DNA of 64,000 bases, taken from positions 1,152,001-1,216,000 of the forward strand of contig CM000208.1 in NCBI GenBank assembly GCA_000002445.1, given 5' to 3'. Below, piece after piece: positions 56,327-64,000 of the stretch (position 1 is the stretch's first letter; every line of letters starts with the position of its first letter). Made by a program: the position numbers and the translations under genes. Source of the stretch: Trypanosoma brucei. Taxonomy: Eukaryota. Under the pieces are notes generated by a model. That model searched no databases. It saw nothing but the letters and a program-made list of their open reading frames with translations, and had not been told where the DNA came from.

Positions 56327-56600
56327 AGTGGATACTGCACAACGTTCCTTTTTTCTTTTGGTTCGATTTGATGGTCCACCGTTGTATCAGGTTAGTTTCA
56401 GAAGAGGAAGCAACCGAATTATTCTCAAGGAAGAAAATAGCAGCAGCAATCACGTAAATGTAAAATCACAGGAATGCAACTGAACAACTGATACTTACCT
56501 CCGTGTTTGTCCCTTTCTCATCCAACAGCCCTAAACAAAGCGTGCTTCCCCCTTCCTTTAATAAACGAAACGTCTTTCCCCATCTCCATCCCAGGCACAT

Positions 56601-57206
56601 TTAAAAAATAATAACAGATTTGCGTTGTAGAACAACCATTTCAAACACTTTCCGGAACCTTTCCCCAACGCCGGTCAGATCACCAGCGAGTGCAAAACCC
56701 TCAGAGGAGACGAGGCCCTTTGCAATAAGGGTAAATGGCTCGTCCCTCTCCAATATCATCTCAAGTACAAATAACAACCCCCTCTCCGTTACCTTCGTGT
56801 CGCTAATGTCGAGTAGTTCCACCTGCGCAGGCACTGCTGAAAAACGAATGACTTGAGACAAAAATATGACGACTTCATCGTTGATGCGGTTGTTCCCGGC
56901 AGCTCGAATGGTTCTTACATGGGGTAGCTGGCCGTTCGCCAGCGCTAATGCAGCAGGAAAGGGTGGAACACCACCAATATCGATGTCGGATTCTTCTGAT
57001 GTGAGAATTCGCATCAATTCCCCCCTTTCATGATGAGTCGCTCCAGACGCAAAAAGGTTGAACATACTATCGACTAGCTTTTGGGCTCTCGTGGTGGCCT
57101 TTGACAGGGTTTCAAGTTGTGCGCCTTCCTCTGCGATCCGCATACGCGTAGCGCCCGCCATGCGCTGGAGCTCTGACATGGTCTTTCGTGTCCCATCACT
57201 ATACAT
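56601..57206 (-). CDS. Hypothetical protein, 201 aa
   Basis: ORF on the transcription-unit strand. No motif recognised. Confidence 0.4.
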   Translation of the reverse strand: MYSDGTRKTMSELQRMAGATRMRIAEEGAQLETLSKATTRAQKLVDSMFNLFASGATHHERGELMRILTSEESDIDIGGVPPFPAALALANGQLPHVRTIRAAGNNRINDEVVIFLSQVIRFSAVPAQVELLDISDTKVTERGLLFVLEMILERDEPFTLIAKGLVSSEGFALAGDLTGVGERFRKVFEMVVLQRKSVIIF

Positions 57207-58035
57207 CGGTATCCCACGGGAGATGGCACCCTCCTTCTTCGTTTCGCTCGATCACGCCGCCCACAATACACACACACACTCAGTTTACTCCTCGTTTGGT
57301 TTGCACTCAGTTTGGGATACCTGAACTGTGGCGTGATAAACGCACACCGAGCGGCAAAGTTTGTATACACCGACTTTTATGAACGTTTTAACTGATTGAG
57401 GCGACAGCCACGGTTTCTCACTCACTTGGTAACGAACAAATAAACCCCGTCCAAACTATGGTAGAAATGAAGAAATGGTGGGAGAAACTCACAAAAAGTA
57501 CGGTGAGCGTTACGGTAAGAACTCTACGGCACCTCGGATGGCAGGGGGATTCACGTCATAGCTAGCGTGTCATTCTGCAAGGCAAGAATCAACAATCTGT
57601 GCGGGCAAAAGTATGGGCTTTATGGGCCAATAAACTACTGGACGTAATTCTGCCGACCCTAGCCTCGTTATCGGTAATGATTACGCATGTACCAAGATGT
57701 TAGCGGTGAATAACCTCAGAATTTTCCGAATATGAGGAGTATCGTCAACACCGCCACTATTATTATTATTATCTTTTTTTTTTGGGGGGGGGTCTAGAAG
57801 AGGACGGCGGTGCACACGGCGAGGCAAAATACGACCGTCCTTTTGCATCCACACTATCGTTAACGAAACCATTATAAATAACATCCCTCTGATAAGAATT
57901 GCTTCAAGAAAAAGAGGCAAACACAAAGCACCTGAAGGATCGGCCAGGTTCACTTGACGCAAAGGTAACTTCGCTGCTTGCAAACTAAGCGAGTTAATAG
58001 CAACGACATTTTCGCGATCGCTGCAAACGAAAGAA

Positions 58036-58578
58036 TTAGGGCCGCGAGCGCTTCCGTTTTTTTCTCGAAGACGCGGATACTGAAGTTGCGCTACGACTCA
58101 CCACCTCTTTCAGGTACACTTTCAGATAATCTAGTCGAATGGTCTCTGTAGACCCCGTGGCGTCCGTCAGTTCTAAGATAGGGTCCTTCAGGAGTATCGT
58201 CCACATTCCATCCTTCACACGGTAAACCGGGTACAAAACTTCCTCGTCCAGAACATCACAGGGGGTTGTGGCTACAGTGTGCGTCACCTCTGAAGGCGGT
58301 AAGGGGAACTCCATTTCCGCAGGCCTCGTGCTGAGCGTGGGAGCGTCAATCGAACTGAGACCAGATTCACCTCCAAGAGTGGCGTGACCCACAAGTGACG
58401 GTGCCGACGTGCGCACGCGCACTTGTGAGCGGACGGGCGCTTCCGCCAGCGTCCGGTCCATGGCAATATCAAATATTTCCCAGAGTTGCTGTTTCTGCCC
58501 TTCAGTGAGGAGGCAGTCGGACTCCAGTTCGGCCAACGTCGCCCCAAGTGCCACACCCAGCAGGCTCTCACGGTACAT
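58036..58578 (-). CDS. TFIIA small (gamma)-subunit-like protein
   Basis: N-terminal MYRESLLGVALGATLAEL...LTEGQKQQLWEIFDIAMDRTLAEAPVRSQVRVR follows TFIIA-gamma (LYRNTTLGNSLQESLDEL...[32 protein letters not shown]). C-terminal DGMWTILLKDPILELTD aligns to DNVWTFVLNDVEFREVT. Divergent, with a basic tail. Confidence 0.45.
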   Translation of the reverse strand: MYRESLLGVALGATLAELESDCLLTEGQKQQLWEIFDIAMDRTLAEAPVRSQVRVRTSAPSLVGHATLGGESGLSSIDAPTLSTRPAEMEFPLPPSEVTHTVATTPCDVLDEEVLYPVYRVKDGMWTILLKDPILELTDATGSTETIRLDYLKVYLKEVVSRSATSVSASSRKKRKRSRP

Positions 58579-58934
58579 TTGCGCAGTTAGGGCAGACCCA
58601 CCAAAAGCGGCGCTCCACTCTTATTTCCTAAGAAACCGTTTTTAAAACGTATCCCACGAGAACAAAAGGGGGAAGAGGTCCGGCAAAATGGTAAGGTGAG
58701 GGAGAGAAGAAAGTTACAGAAAAACACGACCCGATGCAAACTCTTATCGACTGAAAATGACACGGTGCATAAGAAAGAGGGAGGTAAAGCAACAGGGAAA
58801 GACAGCACTCAAGTCGAACCGTATCCCCTTCTGCGATCCTTGTCTCCTTTTTTCTCGCCTTCATTCGCCGCCACGTAAGTACGCACACTCGTCGACATCC
58901 GCACCCCCTACAAACCTAAGTCAAGCGCACATGA

Positions 58935-60353
58935 TCACTGTAAACCGTATGCCTTCTTTACGAACAGAAGCCGTTCAAGCACCACTTTCGACTCTTTTTC
59001 AGCACTCGCCTCATCTGGCAAAACCACCGCACCACTGCTCAAACACTGTAAAAGATTCTGCTGGGCTTCGTTACGAACGTTGAGTGTCACACATGCCCAC
59101 AAAGTTTGCAGGAGTGTTATCCCATCAAGTGCATCACGGTGCACGGACAGCAACTGCGTACAGACGTGCACGAGTTCGTCGCTCCTCTCCTGCACGACAG
59201 CGAAGCTCGTCAAGATCCCGGCGGCGTCAACGGGACTGACGTACCCGCCTTGTTTCACGATAGACACGAAGCGCGACGCTAACAATGGAAAGAGCTCACC
59301 GTCGAAAAGGTCGAAGGAAGCGAGGGAGCTCAATGTTTGGTTGATCTCATCAGGTCGGAAATCAGCAACAACCTTACAAGCGCGTTCAGCAAGTGTCCCA
59401 AGTACCTCCTCGGCGGGTACATTAGCGCGGTAAAAGGCATCACACGTCTTCGCAATAGAATTCGAGTCAAATGTATTGCCAATAGCCACAATCCGCTCAC
59501 CACACGCCGTAAAAAGAGGTGATGGGGCTCGTCCGGCCTTTGCGAGGCACGAAACGAGGGATGCCATCAGTGGCGCCGGTAACTCCGCTAGTTCTCCGAG
59601 CAAGCGTTGCTCAAGCGCGGTGAATAATGCGTCGTCCACGAAACCGATTTCCGCAAACCCATCAAGGATGGTGACAGCCACTAGCGGTGGTCCTTGTGAT
59701 GCTTGTCGTTCTGCTTGATCACGTAACGTAAGGAATAGGTCTCTGTGAAAATACCGCACACGGGAAAGGGCGTGTGCCACGTTCGCCGTATGCGCTACGA
59801 ACGTGCGTGGGTCCTTCATCACAACGGCCGCCCTGTCGCAGATAACTTTATAGAATTCCTCGTGATGCACCTGCGCTCTGCCATAGGCGTTGATAAGAAC
59901 TGCACACGAAACTGTGTCGAGAGTTGCTGCGAGTGTAATGAGCCTGCGTATGTACGTGAAAAGGACCTCGTACAGATGTGGTGAACGCAAAATCAAACAA
60001 GAGTGAGCAATGCGGGCTAGAGATGGTGCGTCCATCACCCCCACTGCCTCAGGTGTCAGGCTTAATCCCACGACGGCACCGAACGGCTGGCCTTTGGTTG
60101 GCGATATTCGCAGCTGTGTAGCCGCGTGGCATATTTTTCCCGCCACAACTGGAGTCCACGCCGAGTGGATGTCATCGAGTGACTCATTTTCAAACAACTG
60201 CCTCCCGTGGAGAATGAGGTCTTGTTTACGCTCAGATGTACCCAACTGGTGTTGCACCTTTTCTACTGATGAGACGAAAGCCTCAGTTGAGATTAACCGC
60301 GGCGCTGGGCAACAACATGATCCCCCTATTGCTAGTGAATAACGCCGGATCAT
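58935..60353 (-). CDS. Hypothetical protein, 472 aa, helical-repeat-like
   Basis: Long ORF with Leu/Ala-rich helical composition. No motif recognised. Confidence 0.5.
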   Translation of the reverse strand: MIRRYSLAIGGSCCCPAPRLISTEAFVSSVEKVQHQLGTSERKQDLILHGRQLFENESLDDIHSAWTPVVAGKICHAATQLRISPTKGQPFGAVVGLSLTPEAVGVMDAPSLARIAHSCLILRSPHLYEVLFTYIRRLITLAATLDTVSCAVLINAYGRAQVHHEEFYKVICDRAAVVMKDPRTFVAHTANVAHALSRVRYFHRDLFLTLRDQAERQASQGPPLVAVTILDGFAEIGFVDDALFTALEQRLLGELAELPAPLMASLVSCLAKAGRAPSPLFTACGERIVAIGNTFDSNSIAKTCDAFYRANVPAEEVLGTLAERACKVVADFRPDEINQTLSSLASFDLFDGELFPLLASRFVSIVKQGGYVSPVDAAGILTSFAVVQERSDELVHVCTQLLSVHRDALDGITLLQTLWACVTLNVRNEAQQNLLQCLSSGAVVLPDEASAEKESKVVLERLLFVKKAYGLQ

Positions 60354-60417
60354 TAGTTTCTATTGTCGCGGACGGCGCTCTTCTAACAATCGAACAAATC
60401 ACCTATGAGATACCAAT

Positions 60418-60436
60418 AATATATATATATATATAT
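60418..60436. repeat. (AT)n microsatellite
   Basis: atatatatatatatatat run about 65 nt upstream of the start codon of the 58935-60353 gene. Confidence 0.85.
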
Positions 60437-60818
60437 ATCAAAAAAGCAGTGAACCCGGGGAGAATATGCAGTGCACAGAAGCGCAGGAGGAAGGAAAACA
60501 ACCAATGAAAAATGCTAACACAACGGTGCGACCGCTAGTTACCTCCAAATACCTAGAGTACAAACATAGGTAAAATATGTAGCGGGGCAAATCAGGACCG
60601 GCGACCACGCACTAAAGTGTACCGCCTGGGATTACAAACACATTGATACATCCCAAAAACCAGAGGGTTGATAACTCTACTGCAGCAATTGTCGAGTGCA
60701 TCTATCGATAGCAAGAAGCATTTGGTCACTCCCTCTTCCCAAACTTGTAACGAAACTCTTTTTTTTGCTCTATCTGGTTTAACTCCGTTATGTGGCTTCA
60801 GGATGTAATACCTGTTTA

Positions 60819-61997
60819 TTATATGAGGCCGACAGTCTTCAAATATTGTCTAGTTTCATAGCTACCATAGCCGTCACTTTGTGAGTCGTAACCTGTGACG
60901 GAAGCGCTGGTCTCACCGAATTCATCCTTGTCTGGTTGATTCCAACCACGAGAAGAGTTCCAACCTTTCACCGACTGTAATTCCTCGCCACAACTGACTC
61001 CTCCAGTCACGGAGCTCCCAACAACGGGACCAGAACCTGAAGTACCAGTGTGCGGTGGTATAAATTCTTCTTCTCGTCTGGTGACGTGTGAAGCGTCCAC
61101 TTTACGGCTGCTTGGTACGATACGCTTGCGCGCCCTCTGGTGATGATGTTTTTCCTCTGAAGGAGCAGAGCTAAACAATGAAGACGTCACATGACGCGCA
61201 CCATAATCAAGACGGGAGGCAGACGAAGTCGAGCTGCGCGCGGTGGGCCGCGCCGTTGGTTTGGGATCATCTTGATTAACACTAACATTCATACTCGCCG
61301 AGTGTCCCGTAGCAACAGAAGTGGAGGTGATAGCCGAACGGTTTGGTGTCGGTAGCTTACCGCGCAGCGACGACAATAGAGGGTTTTCTCCACGCACGCC
61401 GCGGGTGGCACTACTGTGGCGAGAGCCAGCGGAAGGATCCCACGGAGCTGCGGACTCCGAGGAGCGATTCATCATGCTCTGCCGAGACACATCAGAATCC
61501 CCCGGTGGCGGTGTGCAGGAGCGCGATACTTCCCCCTGATGTTGTGCAGTGGAAGGTTGGCGCTCCGTAACCACGGCATCCTCCCTGTGCTCACCCGCCC
61601 TACCACGCACACTGCTAGAGGTGACGGGGGCGTCTACAGCTGTCAGGGGTGCCCCTACAGAAGCAGAGAGTGCGGTGTGTACCGGAGCGCTCTGACTGGC
61701 GTCCTCGGAATCATGCTTCGTAGTTGAAGCATTTAGATGAGGAAGCGCAGAAATGGCCATGTAAAGTTGCTGTAGTGATAGCGCCATCGACTGCAACTGA
61801 ATTTGGAACGCCTGTTGCTGCTGGTACAGCAGCTGCAACATTAGTCGGTCTTCCTGCGTAAAGGAGCCCCCACCACTCACAGTGCTTTCCGCGGGACGTC
61901 CTGCTATGTGGAACAGCTGCCGAGCTGAGAAAGGTGCGGTTGGTGTAGAGAAGATATTCGAGACTCCCCCCTGGAAGGGTGCCTGCATCCCGCTCAT
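60819..61997 (-). CDS. Hypothetical Ser/Thr/Pro-rich low-complexity protein
   Basis: 392-aa ORF. Gln-rich N-terminal segment, then extended S/T/P/R-rich low complexity. Confidence 0.45.
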   Translation of the reverse strand: MSGMQAPFQGGVSNIFSTPTAPFSARQLFHIAGRPAESTVSGGGSFTQEDRLMLQLLYQQQQAFQIQLQSMALSLQQLYMAISALPHLNASTTKHDSEDASQSAPVHTALSASVGAPLTAVDAPVTSSSVRGRAGEHREDAVVTERQPSTAQHQGEVSRSCTPPPGDSDVSRQSMMNRSSESAAPWDPSAGSRHSSATRGVRGENPLLSSLRGKLPTPNRSAITSTSVATGHSASMNVSVNQDDPKPTARPTARSSTSSASRLDYGARHVTSSLFSSAPSEEKHHHQRARKRIVPSSRKVDASHVTRREEEFIPPHTGTSGSGPVVGSSVTGGVSCGEELQSVKGWNSSRGWNQPDKDEFGETSASVTGYDSQSDGYGSYETRQYLKTVGLI

Positions 61998-63093
61998 AAG
62001 AAACAGGGTACTGAGATGATGACCCGAGACCTTGGAAAGTTAAAATGAATAGTAAAAAAAAATGGGAAAAAAACAGGCAAACAGTGGGGAACAGCACTCA
62101 GAGTCCTATCCGTAGAAACAGCTAGTGTCCACTTAGAAGTCTCATCAAGGCGTAAAAACACACATTCACGTACGCGCAGGGCATGCAACAACAAAGCGAC
62201 TAAAGAAAACAATACAAAAAAGGGTTAGATTCCTCCCTCCCCCCAAACTTTGTAGCAGCTGATTAAACGTTGTGGCAAACGGTAGTGGGAAGTTAGCCAC
62301 AACTCGGTTTCGTTACTAGCTCCTCAGCGTTAGAAATAAAGAATACAGTTCATGTAAAGGTAAGCTCATTCCTTTATCGGTAAGATGGTAATGGCATGCA
62401 CGAAGTGACCAAAATACCACCTATCCTCAGTATATCCTGAAGTAAATAATCCACAACGACGGTATTTTAAAAAACAACATAACGACCAACTAAAGGGAGC
62501 TCGACAACAGTATGTTATTGAGTGGACAGACGGGGGTGCATCCACCACTTACCCGCCAACTTGCAACATTGAAAAAGGCGGCGTGATTTCCGTGCGTTTC
62601 AAGCACCAGTAACACATGTGGAAATCACCTTTTAGTACGTTAAAGGCAAGGTATTCCACAAGCAGCAACCACCTCACAGCCCTTCCAGCGTGAAACCAGA
62701 CCGGGTGACCCGCAGGAATTGGCAACAAGATGCGGTCACCACCACGACACAACAAAACAGGTCCGTGGGGCGGTGCACATATCAATCTACTAGCATGGTG
62801 GTGACTGAGTGAGGGTTGCGGTCAAAATTGCAACAACACTGCCTACCGAGAAGCGGCAGAAGCGTTTCGAACCCATTAGAAGTTACATAAGCACATTTCC
62901 CCCTTCTTAGTGTCAATAAAATGGCAGATATGATGCGTGGCGGCAACGTCACAGGCAGACAGGCTAATAGTTCAGTTCAAAACAAACAACGAAAGGAAAT
63001 GGCATTCGACGACGTTGGGCCACCCCGCTGCCAGGAGGTGGCAAACAAAGAGCACAAAGGAAGATTTGGCGTTCTCTAAACCAGAACAGGTGT

Positions 63094-64000
63094 TTACCGA
63101 CCCATCTCCGCCTCTCCCTTGTGCTTTTTAGAAAGCCGATGAATCCCCTCCACATGGCTGTCCCCATCGACGCCGGTTGTTTCACCAATCAACAACTTCG
63201 CTTCATTAAGATCCTGTTCCTCCACAGGAAGAGACGACAGCAATTCTGCTTCCGACACACCTTGCATAGACTGCTGCTCCTCCACAGACAGACCAAATAT
63301 CCTGGCTGCATCCTCATAGCAGTTTGTTTCCCGCTGAAGTGCAATCATCAAGTGTTTTAACGCCGTAATGTTAGGCACACTTCTCGTCAAGTGATATTTC
63401 GTGTACACATACGGTGTCCGGTAGATCACATGGTGCCGCAACAAACCTCGATACAATTCCATCCATGACGCACATGCCATTGGAGTGGCCATAAAATCCG
63501 TACAAGGTTCCCGGTCGTCACCGGGGTCTTCCCGTGGTTCGGACGACACCTTCGAAAAGACACTCATATCCAACATGGCGTGGCGGGCAATCATGGCGGC
63601 ATCGAAACCAAACTGCGCAGCCTTACGCCTGCCGTCACCCCTAGATGATATAGATCCATTAAGAACGAAACAGACCTTTGAAAACAACTTGTGACTACGG
63701 AGTTGGCTGATTGTTGCCGCAGCTCGCTCATAGTGTGGGGGTGAATCGGGCAGTTGATCAGGCGTGCGGGCATGCAAAGTTATTGCATGAACACGATCGG
63801 GGCCTACCCCCTCCATCACAGATAGTAGCATTTGCGCCGTAGCATCAGCCGTATCAAGAAGCCGGGTTTTAAAACTAATGGGAACCCGTCGGCGACGGGC
63901 CACGACTTTCTCGGGGCTGTTAACCGCCTCATCAACAGCGACAAGTATAGCCGCAGCTCGCGCAGGGTCCCGCATGAGTGCCGCACCCATTCCATTGTCA
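63094..64000 (-). CDS. DUS: tRNA-dihydrouridine synthase (DUS family), 5'-truncated by window end
   Basis: MGAALMRDPARAAAIL aligns to DUS GAALLKDPELVAKI. ITLHARTPDQ aligns to DUS (I/V)TVHGRT. The reading frame is still open at position 64000, so the true start is off-window. Confidence 0.55.
   Translation of the reverse strand, partial: DNGMGAALMRDPARAAAILVAVDEAVNSPEKVVARRRRVPISFKTRLLDTADATAQMLLSVMEGVGPDRVHAITLHARTPDQLPDSPPHYERAAATISQLRSHKLFSKVCFVLNGSISSRGDGRRKAAQFGFDAAMIARHAMLDMSVFSKVSSEPREDPGDDREPCTDFMATPMACASWMELYRGLLRHHVIYRTPYVYTKYHLTRSVPNITALKHLMIALQRETNCYEDAARIFGLSVEEQQSMQGVSEAELLSSLPVEEQDLNEAKLLIGETTGVDGDSHVEGIHRLSKKHKGEAEMGR

Noticed and set aside
57207-58035. Spacer with T12G9 and purine tracts considered as a possible ncRNA locus
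   Set aside because: No repeat structure or conserved-looking element was found. It is most simply UTR/spacer.
399-64000. Search for a prokaryotic-type novel defence system or operon
   Set aside because: The gene content is unmistakably eukaryotic (eEF2, eIF3L, ARPC3, ESCRT-II, proteasome, DPM1). There is no operon logic; kinetoplastid transcription units are not functionally clustered.

Overview
This window is a kinetoplastid nuclear chromosome segment, most like Trypanosoma brucei, not a prokaryotic locus. Every substantial ORF (39 predicted CDS) lies on the minus strand, so the window is one unidirectional polycistronic transcription unit with no strand-switch region, no introns, and short purine-rich (+ strand) intergenic spacers. 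From conserved motifs read in the ORF translations I recognise: mRNA cap guanine-N7 methyltransferase, a PFK2/FBPase2 paralog, ARPC3, two near-identical tandem copies of elongation factor 2, a mitochondrial inner-membrane (S26) peptidase, a SET-domain protein, dolichol-phosphate mannosyltransferase, FKBP12, eIF3L, a NUDIX hydrolase, dynein light chain LC8, ESCRT-II VPS25, proteasome beta-4 (PSMB2-like), an ankyrin-repeat protein, RNase H2A, NOP10, EMC3, a PIP kinase, an acyloxyacyl-hydrolase-like saposin+GDSL protein, a TFIIA-gamma-like protein and a partial tRNA-dihydrouridine synthase at the right edge. The rest are kinetoplastid hypothetical proteins. The features the genes do not explain are a roughly 298-bp tandem repeat array at 50.26-51.35 kb, a 2.2-kb ORF-free low-complexity interval after NOP10, (TA)n microsatellites just upstream of several start codons, and long G/T homopolymers. 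I find no CRISPR array, no prokaryotic defence or mobile-element system and no recognisable transposon. The leads most worth following are the 298-bp repeat array, as a possible snoRNA or other ncRNA cluster, and the AOAH-like protein. All product calls rest on motif recognition by eye without database searches. Start codons of several genes are ambiguous, because the ORF track runs to the most upstream in-frame Met.
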